Assembly: GCA_044892525.1 (NCBI GenBank)
Contig: CM097885.1
Location: 40,302,001 to 40,366,000, forward strand
Reading direction: 5' to 3'
Source of the DNA: Schmidtea polychroa
Lineage: Eukaryota
Length of the DNA: 64,000 nt
Below are positions 10,036 to 20,684 of this stretch, piece by piece (positions within the stretch are counted from its first letter, which is position 1; each line of letters begins with the position of its first letter). The notes beneath the pieces are model-generated. The model was not told where the DNA came from, made no database searches, and saw only the letters and a list, made by a program, of their open reading frames with translations. Made by a program: the position numbers and the translations under genes.

Positions 10036-10827
10036 CTAAAACAAACTTTTCCATATTTCAGCTTCTTCTCTATCCAAGTAAATATAATTATATTTTTCTT
10101 TCCAATGATTATCAACAAACATATCAAACATATTCTTATCAGGTTCAACATTTGAAAATAAATCATTATAAATCATATTCTTATCACGGCGATCTAATTT
10201 AAAAAATATAAAACAATTGGAATTATTTCTTATTGAATTTTTATCTAAAGCATAATATGTTTGAGATATATAAATAACATTACAATTATTATGTCGACCT
10301 CGTGTAAAGTAACTCTTTTGAATCTCTTGATTTTTCATATTAACAACATCATCAAATATAACTAGATTCTTTTTATCTTTAGGAAGTAAATCACAATGTA
10401 AAACATCTTCAGGTTTATTAGAGAATAAAACTTGAATTGCCTCCTGCCCTTCTTCACAAATATAATCATTTTTATTACTAATATCTGATTCTAAAATCTT
10501 TTCCTTATACCAATCAACCATATCACAAGGTTGAAAAACTTCTTCAGGACACCTATGTTGATTTTTAAAAATATCAATTATTGCTTTTTTAGTTAATTTA
10601 TTTTCAAATCCACATTTCAAAAGTTGTAATTCTGGTTGATTTATGGTTGTAGAATAAAAGATTAAATTATTATAATCTAAAAAATCATCTTCAAGTAACA
10701 TTCTCAAAACAAGTACATTCTTTCCACATCCAGAAGAACCAACAATTAATAATCTAAAATTATCAGGAAATACTTTATTATTAAATTTACTCTTATGTCT
10801 ATTTAAAATTGGTTTCCAAATATCCAT
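10036..10827 (-). CDS. A32/FtsK-like DNA packaging ATPase
   Basis: Walker A GSSGCGKN, Walker B LVIFDD, FTRGRHNN..ISQTYY; likely start MDIWKP at 10827. Confidence 0.92.
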   Translation of the reverse strand: MDIWKPILNRHKSKFNNKVFPDNFRLLIVGSSGCGKNVLVLRMLLEDDFLDYNNLIFYSTTINQPELQLLKCGFENKLTKKAIIDIFKNQHRCPEEVFQPCDMVDWYKEKILESDISNKNDYICEEGQEAIQVLFSNKPEDVLHCDLLPKDKKNLVIFDDVVNMKNQEIQKSYFTRGRHNNCNVIYISQTYYALDKNSIRNNSNCFIFFKLDRRDKNMIYNDLFSNVEPDKNMFDMFVDNHWKEKYNYIYLDREEAEIWKSLF

Positions 10828-10842
10828 TTTGTTTATTATAAA

Positions 10843-11421
10843 ATGACAACTGAAGAATCTTTGCAAGAATTAATAAATTCAAATAAAAATAAATCAGTAG
10901 TAATTGATGGTAAAAAATATTTTATTGGAAAACATGTAAAAGAACAAGTTAGAGCGAAGATCCACGAAGCTAAAGAAGGTGGCATTCTTCCATTAGCTGC
11001 TTTAATACCTGCAATCATTGCTGGTTTATCAGGTGCTGCTGGAATAGCTGGAGGAATTGCAACTACAGTTCAAAAAGCTAAAGAATCTCAAAAGACAGAC
11101 CTAGAAAAAGAAAAACTACAAACTGAAATCGATTCAATGAAGAAGGTAGGGCAAGCTAAAGGGGGAGTGTCCGTTGGAAAGGGTCTCTATCTTAATCCAT
11201 ATGAGGGGAGTCGGCAAAAGTCTCAGGGCAAAGGTCTCTATCTTGATCCTTATAAAGGTAGAGGTTTAAATGATTTTTTAAAAAATCAAATTTCTACATC
11301 TGAATCTTTATCTTCAAAAGATAAAGAAGATTTAAAAAAAATATGTAAATCTTTAAAGAATGGATGCCTTTGTAAAACTAAAAATGGTAAAGGATTATAC
11401 TTGAAGCCCTTCGAACTATGA
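10843..11421 (+). CDS. Virion core protein with adenovirus pX-like hydrophobic segment and repeated GKGLYL motifs
   Basis: KEGGILPLAALIPAIIAGLSGAAGIA resembles the adenoviral pX GG-ILP..IP..IAA segment; GKGLYL occurs three times. Confidence 0.65.
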   Translation: MTTEESLQELINSNKNKSVVIDGKKYFIGKHVKEQVRAKIHEAKEGGILPLAALIPAIIAGLSGAAGIAGGIATTVQKAKESQKTDLEKEKLQTEIDSMKKVGQAKGGVSVGKGLYLNPYEGSRQKSQGKGLYLDPYKGRGLNDFLKNQISTSESLSSKDKEDLKKICKSLKNGCLCKTKNGKGLYLKPFEL

Positions 11422-11443
11422 TACCATTTTTGATACCATTAAA

Positions 11444-12325
11444 ATGGTATATGAAGAAAGATTAGCACTTTTAAAAAAATTACAATCAGAACAAGATAAA
11501 TATAATAAAAAAGATACAACTCAACATGCTGAATCTATAATATTAAATGAGGTAATAACACAACAACAGGGGCCAACAATTAAAGCTATAAAATAGTTGG
11601 AAGATTTCAATGAGCAAGCAAAATTTAAATAGTTAGAAGATAAAAAACAAAAAATAAAAGAACTAGAGTGGCAGGATAAAGAAAAAGAATCCAGTGAAAA
11701 CCATCCTGAAAGAAATCAAAGAAAACGCAGAAGAATTTCTAATGTGGAAGAAGAAGAAATGTTTTTAAAAACAAAACCTCTTAAAGTTGATCCTAAAATT
11801 AGAGATGATTTACCTCCTTCAATTAGACCCACATTTAATACTAATACTGAAGGATATCAAATAATAACAATTAATAAACAAAACTTTACTTTATATTCAA
11901 ATTCAGAAAATAAATCACGTATTCATTCACAAAATGTTTATAATAATGAATATTTAGACTTTGAATTTACAGATGATTTTTATAGATTACTTTGTGGATA
12001 TTCTTCAGATGATGTTGAAGAAATTAAAAAATATTTAAATTTAATAAGATTAATAAGAGCTAGTTCTAAAGCAAAATATATTCAAGATTTAAAGAATTAT
12101 TTAAATAAAAATGAAAAGGGTTATGTTGTTACAGAGGGAGAGGGATTAATTAGTGAAGGTGGTAAACCAAATCCCATCAATCTTTTTATTGAATTAAGAA
12201 AACTATTAGCTGCAAGGAAAGCAGGACATAATAATTTAGATTCTGATATTTTAAAGATTTCTAAAGATTTGTTAAAACAAGGAATAATTTCAAAAGATAA
12301 ATTTAATAAGTATACGAAGTTATAA
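11444..12325 (+). pseudogene. Uncharacterised Polinton gene broken by two in-frame TAG stops
   Basis: TAAAATG at 11444 is in frame with ORF 11744..12325; TAG at 11594 and 11630; C-terminal EGEGL..LLAARKAGHNN..LLKQGII motif. Confidence 0.6.
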
Positions 12326-12347
12326 ATACGAAGTTTTAAAATACAAA

Positions 12348-12773
12348 ATGACTCCTTCAATATTAGATTTTTTAAAAACATTTGGAATAAATGCAAAAAC
12401 AAATTTTGATTTAAAAGATTATGCAAATTATTTAAATTTAAAAATTAAAATATTAATGAATGATGAATTATCAAGTCTGGAGAGTCCCCTGAATATAATA
12501 ATCAATTATCAAAATTCAAAGGAAAAAGGATCTCATTGGGTTTGTATATATAAGAAATCTATCTACTTTGATTCTTTTGGGATTAAACCTACTAAAGAAG
12601 TTGAAGATTATCTCTTGAGGGGTTCTCCGATTGATTCCCCAAATGGTTATACTTTTAACTCTTTACAAGTTCAACCTTTGAATACTAAAATATGTGGTAT
12701 TTTAAGTTTATATGTTTTGTATAGATTGAATAAGGGAGAGGGAAAGGGCATACGCAGGATTTTGAATCTATAA
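12348..12773 (+). CDS. Adenain-like cysteine protease
   Basis: GSHWVC, YFDSFG, QVQP..CG catalytic H-D-Q-C arrangement; the extreme C-terminus may be frameshifted. Confidence 0.88.
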   Translation: MTPSILDFLKTFGINAKTNFDLKDYANYLNLKIKILMNDELSSLESPLNIIINYQNSKEKGSHWVCIYKKSIYFDSFGIKPTKEVEDYLLRGSPIDSPNGYTFNSLQVQPLNTKICGILSLYVLYRLNKGEGKGIRRILNL

Positions 12774-12859
12774 TTCAAGAAATTTATAATGATCTAGAAT
12801 CTCTACTATAAGGATTTTTACTATAAGGATTTTTACTATATGAATTTACTACTAAAGAA

Positions 12860-13624
12860 ATGGAGCTTCACAACCCTCCGGAAGATAATTTAAAAAAAAT
12901 GGTAAACATAATGTCAGATAAATATTCAAGAACTTTATCTATAAATTCAAAAGAATCAGACTTTACTATAAACTTTCAAGATTCAATTAAATTAGATCAA
13001 AATTTAAATTATGAATTGGGGCTATTATGGTTTTGTGCTTATAATACTATTTTTAATATAACTAAAGATAATAATAAATTTACTATTCAAACTCGTGATG
13101 GGCATAAACCAGAAATTATAACAATAGAACCTGGGGCATATGAGATAAAAGATTTAAATGATATACTTTCTAAAAAAACAAATGAAGGTATTAAAATTAA
13201 AATGGATATACCAACTTCAAAATGTGTAATGACTTTGAAGAATATAAAAATTAGTTTTTTAGATAATTGTTTCTTTCACACAGTTTTAGGATTTAAACCT
13301 ATGGATATAACAATAAAAGAAGATAAAATAATAACATCAGAACATATTATAAAAATAATAAATACAAACACAATAAATATTCATTGCGATTGTATAACAG
13401 GTTCTTATAATAATGGTAAACAAACAAATGTTTTATATTCCTTTCCCTCAAACACAGTTCCTATGGGATATAAAATAGTTGAAAGAATGAATCCTCCAAA
13501 TTATTTACCTTTATGTAGAAAATATATAATGGATATTAATTTTAAAATTCTTAATCAAGAAGGAGAATTGATTGATTTTAATGGAGAAGAGATTTGAATG
13601 TATTTACATTTGAAACAGGTTTGA
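12860..13624 (+). CDS. Minor capsid (penton, single jelly-roll); apparent premature TGA at 13595
   Basis: INIHCDCITGSY.NG..TNVLYSF, GYKIVE..YLPL, ILNQEGELIDFNGE; the frame continues MYLHLKQV after the TGA. Confidence 0.75.
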
Positions 13625-13648
13625 AGATTCATTTTAAATTATTAATAA

Positions 13649-14659
13649 ATGAGTTCTTATATTCCATGTAATAGAGGTGGTGGAACAATAAAAACAGGGT
13701 TTAATACAGAAGAAATATTAACTTTAACAGAAAATAAATATATTAATGAAAGAGGTGATTCAATGAAGGGTGATTTAATTTTAAATGGACACAAGATAAA
13801 AGAATTATCTTTTCCAACTGATGAAGCTGATGCAGTTAATAAGAAATATGTAGATGGTGTTAAAAAATATACTGATTTAACAACAACAAGAATTGAAAGT
13901 TCATTAACAACAAAAATTGATTCAATGGAATCAAAGCTTAATAATATCGAACAACGATTTAATGATAAATTTGACAAGTTACAAAGTCTGTTAACTGAAC
14001 AAGTTGTAAAGTTAAATACTGCTATATTAAATTCTAAAGATAAACAAATTATGAATACTAAATTTAATACAATATATAAAATAATAAATGAGATGATTAC
14101 ATCATTTAATAAAAGAATTTCAAATTTAGAGTCTCATGGAACACACATTAACACCACACATAGTATTAGAAAAAGAGCTGCTGAATTAGAACAGAATAAA
14201 ACATTATTACCCCATACATATAAACATTTTATAGAACCAAGTTTAATAACAACAAACAGTAAAGAATGGGGTGTTTTTATGGTTGTAAAAATTATTGATC
14301 CTTATTTCTTTTTGTTTGATGATGATAATGAAAGAATGAAATGGTTTGTGAAATGTGATTATAATAGTAAGCTTGAAAAGGGTGATGTTATAATGACTAG
14401 TTATGATTTACCACACGGAGATTGGTATGTTAATACTCATTCACATGGACTACATAAAGTTAAAAGTAAGAATATTCATTTTTCTAGTTCACTTGTACAA
14501 TATATAGATTTAATATTTTATGAAAAAAAGGTTGATGTTGATGAAGTTCGTAAAGCATTGAGAGAATTGTATAAAGATATCCTCTCAACAAGAGTTTCTT
14601 TTGATATCCGAGTATTGGTGCCAGATGGTGCTCAGAAGAATAAAGTCTTATTTTTTTAA
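13649..14659 (+). CDS. Putative fiber/spike-like protein
   Basis: N-terminal GDSMKGDLILNGHKIKELSFPTDEADAVNKKYVD motif, then coiled coil, basic RKRA site and a globular C-terminus. Confidence 0.55.
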   Translation: MSSYIPCNRGGGTIKTGFNTEEILTLTENKYINERGDSMKGDLILNGHKIKELSFPTDEADAVNKKYVDGVKKYTDLTTTRIESSLTTKIDSMESKLNNIEQRFNDKFDKLQSLLTEQVVKLNTAILNSKDKQIMNTKFNTIYKIINEMITSFNKRISNLESHGTHINTTHSIRKRAAELEQNKTLLPHTYKHFIEPSLITTNSKEWGVFMVVKIIDPYFFLFDDDNERMKWFVKCDYNSKLEKGDVIMTSYDLPHGDWYVNTHSHGLHKVKSKNIHFSSSLVQYIDLIFYEKKVDVDEVRKALRELYKDILSTRVSFDIRVLVPDGAQKNKVLFF

Positions 14660-14667
14660 TTATTAAA

Positions 14668-15258
14668 ATGGAAGAAGTAAGAGAAGAAAAAATTTACCCA
14701 GAATTGAGATCATCAGGATATTATTCCGAAGGTCACAAAGGTTCCAAGGCCTCGGCTCCCACAGAACTTGAAATTATGAGAGTAAAAGAATTTAAATCAG
14801 AAACCTTACATTTAAAAGATTTAATTAAGCATTATAAAAAAATTAAAAATAGATGGAATAAAGGGAATACAGTTTTAAAAGTTATAGGTTATTCTTTAGG
14901 ATTTGCATCTGCAATATTAACAGTTATTTTACCCATAACTTTACCAGTTGTTACTCTTGCACCTGTAATACTTGGAAGTATTTCTGTGGCTGATGGTTTC
15001 TTAACTGAAATAGTTTCATTATCTTATACTTCTAAAAAGAAAAGTTTATATAGAGAAGTTTGTTTATCAATAGAATTAGGAATCTCTAAATTATTTTTAT
15101 TTCAATTAAAAGCTTTGGAAGATGGAATCCTGACAGACGAAGAAATAATGAAATCAAATCAAATAATACAAGATATAAAGAATGAGGTTATAAGATTAAA
15201 AAGGGAGGGCATGGTGGCTAATGTTATAAGTAATAAAAAAACATCTCGAGAAAAATGA
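14668..15258 (+). CDS. Predicted membrane-active protein (hydrophobic hairpin)
   Basis: IYPEL..ASAP N-terminus; two adjacent hydrophobic segments; ALEDGILTDEE C-terminal motif. Confidence 0.6.
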   Translation: MEEVREEKIYPELRSSGYYSEGHKGSKASAPTELEIMRVKEFKSETLHLKDLIKHYKKIKNRWNKGNTVLKVIGYSLGFASAILTVILPITLPVVTLAPVILGSISVADGFLTEIVSLSYTSKKKSLYREVCLSIELGISKLFLFQLKALEDGILTDEEIMKSNQIIQDIKNEVIRLKREGMVANVISNKKTSREK

Positions 15259-15357
15259 TTAAAGAATTCTTACTTATAAAATGGGTGTATTTTTAAAAAA
15301 GTAGATCAGGTTGCTATAGTTGCTTAAATTAATTGTCGACATTTTATTATTAAAAAA

Positions 15358-15912
15358 TTAAATATCGTTGAAAGCCAACCTATGAATCATTAATTTATGA
15401 TCTTTAAATTCTTTATCACTTAGACCTTTTATATATTCAGGATCAGTATTAAAATATTTAAGTTCTAAACATATAGGATTAAAAACTTGAGAATATAAAG
15501 GTTTCTCGATTTCTCTCTGGGGATAAATAATTTCAACATTATAAATATCAAGATCAGTAATCTTTGTATCATATAACTTATTCAACTTTTCTAGATTTTT
15601 TATTATAGGGATTAAATTATTTCCAATAGGTAGAGTTGTCTTTAAATCACTTAGTATGAATCTCTTATCATCATAATTTGATAATGATACTTTTTGAGAT
15701 TCTATCAAGTGAATATCATGGTTTTCACTTTTAAGTTGATGTATTTCATCAATTTTATCTTTATGATTTGGGTTTAATGTATCTATATAATCTTGATGAG
15801 AAAGATTCTTTGCAACCACTCTCTGTATTCCTTTACATCTGTTATCCTTTAAATTAGTAATATTTTTTATAATTTCAAAAATGTTATTTTCTTGATTTTT
15901 AGTTTCCATCAT
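15358..15912 (-). CDS. Stand-alone paralog of the pPolB C-terminal region
   Basis: Shares KGIQ, LKSE.H.I.L, NYDDKRFILSDLKTTLPI, ELKYFNTDPEYI with the last ~170 aa of the pPolB ORF; has its own TAAAATG. Confidence 0.8.
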   Translation of the reverse strand: MMETKNQENNIFEIIKNITNLKDNRCKGIQRVVAKNLSHQDYIDTLNPNHKDKIDEIHQLKSENHDIHLIESQKVSLSNYDDKRFILSDLKTTLPIGNNLIPIIKNLEKLNKLYDTKITDLDIYNVEIIYPQREIEKPLYSQVFNPICLELKYFNTDPEYIKGLSDKEFKDHKLMIHRLAFNDI

Positions 15913-15936
15913 TTTATAGTGTTAAAATTCTAATTC

Positions 15937-18900
15937 TTAGACCAGTCGTAATTGATTTATAATTATTTCTGCAGTAATGCTTTTTAACATTAATTTATGT
16001 GATTTAAAGTCTTCTGGTGTTAGTCCTTGGATATATTCAGGATCAGTATTAAAATATTTAAGTTCTATAGGTTTTATATTTTGAACTTGATTATATAAAG
16101 GTTTAGGAATTAATATTTCAGGATATTGGATTTCTACTTTAGCAAGTTGAAGGTCTGTAATCTCTAGGTTATAAATTTCATTTATTTTATCAAGATTTTT
16201 TATTATAGGGATTAAATCATTTTCAATAGGTAATGTTGTCTTCAAGTCAGAAAGTATAAATCTTTTATCATCATAATTTGTTATAGCAATCTTGTTACAC
16301 TCTTCAAGATATATATTATGTTTCTCTGATTTAAGATGATGGGTTTTAGCAATATTATTTTTATAATTTATATTTAATGAATCTTTATACTCTTGATGTG
16401 TGAAGGTTTTTGACACTGATTTTTGAATTCCTTTACTTTTATTTTCTTTATAGCTTTTCGGGTTTTCAGGGAATGAAGGATATTCAAATGTTCGATCTAC
16501 TTCAACAGATCCTTCTATTATAAATTTTATTGTATGCTCTTTCATAATTGGTTTGTCTTTCATTTCAAGAGAATATTGTTTAGGTCTAATAAACACTCCT
16601 CCAGTTATTGGAGTATTTGGTTTTTCATCTTTAAAAGTAAACAACTCTCCAGAATTGTTTATTAATTTATTTAAGGTTGGATCTTCACGTATTTCTTTTT
16701 TTAAATCTTTGCTATATCCTTTTAAAAACATACTATCAGTGTCCATTGCATGCATGGATATTCGATCTCCAAAATGTGGTACTAGAACATCATAGTAGGC
16801 TTCATACATTTGAAGCTTTGAAAGTTCTAAAATTGAAAACCCTATAAAGATTGGTTTATTATAAGTTTTTACAGAGTTTTTAATCTCTATGGCTATAAGG
16901 TTACTAGAGAATATCTCGGCATTTTTAAATGTGGGCTTTCCAATTATCCGGTTGTACCTATTAAGGTCTTTGGATGTATTGGTCAAAAGCTCTACACGTG
17001 TGTACTTGTCTATATTCTCCATGGTCTTTCCAAAGACCGCATTGTTCAGGAGTTTGTAAATCATATCAAGAAATGCATTTCCAGCTCTCTTTGCTGCATT
17101 TCTTTTCAAAATATTTCCCTCTATGAATTTTTTCATAAAAGGGGCTTGTCGAAATTTAATAATGGAATGTACTTTTTTTAAAACCATTCCATGGGAGAGA
17201 TAAAACTGAAGGAGTCTATAATGACAAAGGTAATCAGTTTTATCGGTCTGATCGCATAAAAGTTTTATACAGGGCGATCTATCCTGAGCCATCTGCCAGT
17301 CTGAAAGTTCTTCAGTCGAGATCTTTCTTCTTACTGGAGCAAATGGAAAGAATCTTGTCCTGGATTTTATTTCATTGGGATATTCAAGATCGCATTCTAT
17401 GACATATCCATATTGTGAATTCTTTGGTGTTTTTAGAATTTCTTGTATTAATTCCTCAGTGGGCTCTTCCCAGGCGAACTTGCCAATTGGAAGGTATTGA
17501 GTCATTACTCCTGCATATAAAGCTGTTGCATCTATATACATTATTTCAGAAGGATTAGAAAGACCTTCCAGTATTTCCTCACGATCTTCTGGGTTTGTTA
17601 TTTCTACATATAGAGCATCAGTATCTTTGAAAAATTTAGGATAAAGAGTTGTAAAATTATTAGCATTTATTTCTCTATTCTCTTGTACTGAAGAAATACC
17701 TCCTCTAATATTATGTTTATATACATTAAACATATCAAGGTCAACTAATAATTCAATGGTTTTATTTCTTTCTGCTATGTCTTCATCGGTCCATATGCTA
17801 TATAATAATATATCCCAAGCTAGAGAGGGAGCGGTTATATAATTATAAGGTTTTAATTCAAAAGCTTTTGAAAATGTCTCGAAGCAATCAGCTAAGATAT
17901 AAACATCTAAGGAAAGATACATGTCAGTATATTCTCCAAGGTTTCTACAGTTGAAAAGATTCCACATTTTAAGTGCACGGGAATATTCCTGATCAGAAAT
18001 CCCTGATTGTGTTAAAACAGAAAAGAAATCTTCTTGAGCTGGGAGTAATTCATTATATTTTTCAAAGGAGTCTATATAATCATATGGATAGATTCCTTTT
18101 GCTAGACAGGTATTATATTCCTCTAATGGAATATTGGTTTTTAATAACACATGTTCTTTTGTATATTTAAAATCCTCAGGGTTCATAGTTTTTGCAATGC
18201 CATCCAAAGACATCCCTAAAAAATTTAAGGAGTCCAAAAACTTAAAGCATCCATATTGAATGCTTTTATATTTTTCTTTTGTAAGTCCAATAACCTTGAA
18301 AGAGTTTTTAGCATTTGCAGCTAGATGTTTAATGAACAGGTGAATATCATAGCCAAAAAGATTGTGAAATATAAATGGTATGTGTGTTGGTTTTTTACAA
18401 TTGAGATTACAATTTTTATGGGCCGCTCCTCTGTAATTATTTTCTATTTTAAAATGATCATGGTCAGGAACCTTTAGTTCACTAGTTGACTCCTCATCCT
18501 CAAACTCTTGTTTGCACATCCAGCAGTGTGTTGCATTTTTATATTCTTCCTCTTGTTCTTCTGAAAAATTCATAGGAAAGTTGGATTTTAATATTATATA
18601 TAATTCATGTTCTAGATTATTTAAAGTTTCAACAAAATGGTCTAGAGTCTCTTTGTCAGAAGTTCCCCTAAATGAATATTCTCTAGATTCTACAAGTTCT
18701 GGATAATTACTTTTGAAAAACATTTTATAAGCAGAGGGTAATTGTTTTGTTAGTTTTACAGTATTAGTTTTTGTTCGTCTTAGTTTTACATTTATAGCTT
18801 CAAAATCACAATAAACCACTCCCAATGCTTCTAATAGATTGGAATAGTTTTTAAACCTCATATTAGCATTTTTCTTGTGTGGCATTTTTATTAAAGCAGG

Positions 18901-20304
18901 TTGATTCTTACAACAGAGTCTCTCATGTTTAATAGCAGCAAGTTTTGAACTTGAATGATATAAACATCTTTTACAACATATGCCTCCACGAATGAGTGTG
19001 TTTCCTTTCATAAAACTTTGAAAATTCTTTATTAAGATATAATGAAGTTTTTTATCTAACATAGTGCTTTCTGCTTCTGGTTCTAATGAAATGCCTTCTT
19101 CTGCTTCTCTCCTCGGGTGAACGCTTTGAACCTCTTCACCATATTCTTCTCCATCAAAGTCTTCATCTGGTTTACCTTCTTCTAATATTAAAAGATCTAC
19201 TTCTCTCTTTTCATCTGAGATTTCCATGTTAGAAATGTAAATAGGAATAATGTGTTTATAATTTTTATTTTTTCTAGTTTTTGTAATTTTGGTTGGAATG
19301 AATTGATAAATATTAATTTTAAGATTATTTAATTTTTCAAATGTTGGAACATCTTCAATTTTCATTGGGTGGGAAAAATCTTTTGGATAAATTAATTCAG
19401 ATTCATATTCTTCATATTTTTGAACTCTCTGTGGGTTAGTTGCTTGAGGATGTAAGTGTGCAAGTATTGACCATTGAAAACATTTATTATCTTTATTCTG
19501 TACATTTATAACATGGTTGGAGGTGAATGGTGTGTGAATAAAAGATTTAGGATTTGGTGGTGCGCCTCTCCAGTATTCAATCTCTATATTTTGAAAAGAG
19601 TGGAATCTTAAATTAGATTCTCCTAGTTCTTGTTCCACCTGTTCTTGTTTTTCTTCCAATTCTTTAGCTATATCATTAACAAGTTTATTTCCTGCTTTTG
19701 TAGAAAATAAATATTTATATGAGGTTTCAATTTTTACATCTAGAGGCATTGCGATCGAATCATCTCCTCTCCAGTATTTTGCATTTCCTGTAAATTTAAC
19801 TTTTATAACATTAAATCTTGATCTACCAAATTTTTTTATAGCATCATCCATTGATGATATTATTTTTTTTTTATTTTCTCTTATATATTGCATGATTGAT
19901 CTGGGTCCTCGTTTTACTTCTGCAATTACATCGGTGTGATTGAAGTCATCCCAATTAAACTCTAGTTTTTCAGCTTTTTCAGTCATTGAGTTTGAATCAG
20001 AATCTTTTGCTTCAAGACCACAATCTTCTATGTGTCTTAAGTAAAAAGATTTTATCCTCATCGTTTTTCCACATGCTGAACATTCGAATATTTCTCTGTT
20101 TTTAGGAACTCCAATACAATTTTTAAAATGTTTCTTATAACCTGAAAATAAATATCTATCCTTACATTTAGTACAGATTTTGGAATTAGTGTCATCTAGT
20201 GTGTTAGCTTTTATTAAATGGTCTTTTGATTTTTTATGAGATGTTAAAGCAGTTTTATTTTTAAAATATTTTTCACAAATTTCACAATTGAAAATAGCTT
20301 CCAT
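15937..20304 (-). CDS. polB: Protein-primed family B DNA polymerase with N-terminal C2H2 fingers and an endonuclease VII-like insert
   Basis: YCDFE, FHNLFGYD, KGIYPYDY, YIDATALY, KLLNNAVFGK, MDTDS; HCWMC..DHDH..YRGAAHKNCN; NKDNKCFQWSILA; uninterrupted 1455 aa. Confidence 0.95.
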   Translation of the reverse strand: MEAIFNCEICEKYFKNKTALTSHKKSKDHLIKANTLDDTNSKICTKCKDRYLFSGYKKHFKNCIGVPKNREIFECSACGKTMRIKSFYLRHIEDCGLEAKDSDSNSMTEKAEKLEFNWDDFNHTDVIAEVKRGPRSIMQYIRENKKKIISSMDDAIKKFGRSRFNVIKVKFTGNAKYWRGDDSIAMPLDVKIETSYKYLFSTKAGNKLVNDIAKELEEKQEQVEQELGESNLRFHSFQNIEIEYWRGAPPNPKSFIHTPFTSNHVINVQNKDNKCFQWSILAHLHPQATNPQRVQKYEEYESELIYPKDFSHPMKIEDVPTFEKLNNLKINIYQFIPTKITKTRKNKNYKHIIPIYISNMEISDEKREVDLLILEEGKPDEDFDGEEYGEEVQSVHPRREAEEGISLEPEAESTMLDKKLHYILIKNFQSFMKGNTLIRGGICCKRCLYHSSSKLAAIKHERLCCKNQPALIKMPHKKNANMRFKNYSNLLEALGVVYCDFEAINVKLRRTKTNTVKLTKQLPSAYKMFFKSNYPELVESREYSFRGTSDKETLDHFVETLNNLEHELYIILKSNFPMNFSEEQEEEYKNATHCWMCKQEFEDEESTSELKVPDHDHFKIENNYRGAAHKNCNLNCKKPTHIPFIFHNLFGYDIHLFIKHLAANAKNSFKVIGLTKEKYKSIQYGCFKFLDSLNFLGMSLDGIAKTMNPEDFKYTKEHVLLKTNIPLEEYNTCLAKGIYPYDYIDSFEKYNELLPAQEDFFSVLTQSGISDQEYSRALKMWNLFNCRNLGEYTDMYLSLDVYILADCFETFSKAFELKPYNYITAPSLAWDILLYSIWTDEDIAERNKTIELLVDLDMFNVYKHNIRGGISSVQENREINANNFTTLYPKFFKDTDALYVEITNPEDREEILEGLSNPSEIMYIDATALYAGVMTQYLPIGKFAWEEPTEELIQEILKTPKNSQYGYVIECDLEYPNEIKSRTRFFPFAPVRRKISTEELSDWQMAQDRSPCIKLLCDQTDKTDYLCHYRLLQFYLSHGMVLKKVHSIIKFRQAPFMKKFIEGNILKRNAAKRAGNAFLDMIYKLLNNAVFGKTMENIDKYTRVELLTNTSKDLNRYNRIIGKPTFKNAEIFSSNLIAIEIKNSVKTYNKPIFIGFSILELSKLQMYEAYYDVLVPHFGDRISMHAMDTDSMFLKGYSKDLKKEIREDPTLNKLINNSGELFTFKDEKPNTPITGGVFIRPKQYSLEMKDKPIMKEHTIKFIIEGSVEVDRTFEYPSFPENPKSYKENKSKGIQKSVSKTFTHQEYKDSLNINYKNNIAKTHHLKSEKHNIYLEECNKIAITNYDDKRFILSDLKTTLPIENDLIPIIKNLDKINEIYNLEITDLQLAKVEIQYPEILIPKPLYNQVQNIKPIELKYFNTDPEYIQGLTPEDFKSHKLMLKSITAEIIINQLRLV

Positions 20305-20407
20305 TTTTAAAAGAATTTTTTGGTTGGATACGATGTTTTGGTTTTGATATTAATTTTTATTAATTTTTAAATCCTTATAACGTTAAATCCTTAAATCCTT
20401 TAAATCC

Positions 20408-20671
20408 TTAAATCCTTAAGACCAAGTAGTGAGGAATCTATGCACCCCGTTACCTTTTCTCGGAATTACTAATCTATAAATACATCTATTCCGAACTTTT
20501 TTACTTTTAAGGGAAGAAATTAAGGGTTAATGGCAATAGGGGACAAAGTTTAAAAGTTAAAAAAAGTGAAGAATATGGGGTAAAAAAGCATATAAATGTG
20601 GAAAATATGGGTCAATAGCGCTGTTTTTTTTTTAGGGTGGGGGTGCTGGGGTGCATAGATTCCTCACTACT
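20408..20671 (-). repeat. Polinton right terminal inverted repeat
   Basis: Reverse complement of 5510-5772; ends ...ttcctcactact. Confidence 0.95.
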
Positions 20672-20684
20672 AAATTAATTAATC

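Larger units (their letters stand above)
5510..20671. mobile_element. Polinton/Maverick (adintovirus-like) endogenous DNA virus, ~15.2 kb
   Basis: AGTAGT...ACTACT termini, ~263-bp TIRs, and genes for pPolB, rve integrase, packaging ATPase, adenain-like protease, major and minor capsid. Confidence 0.95.
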
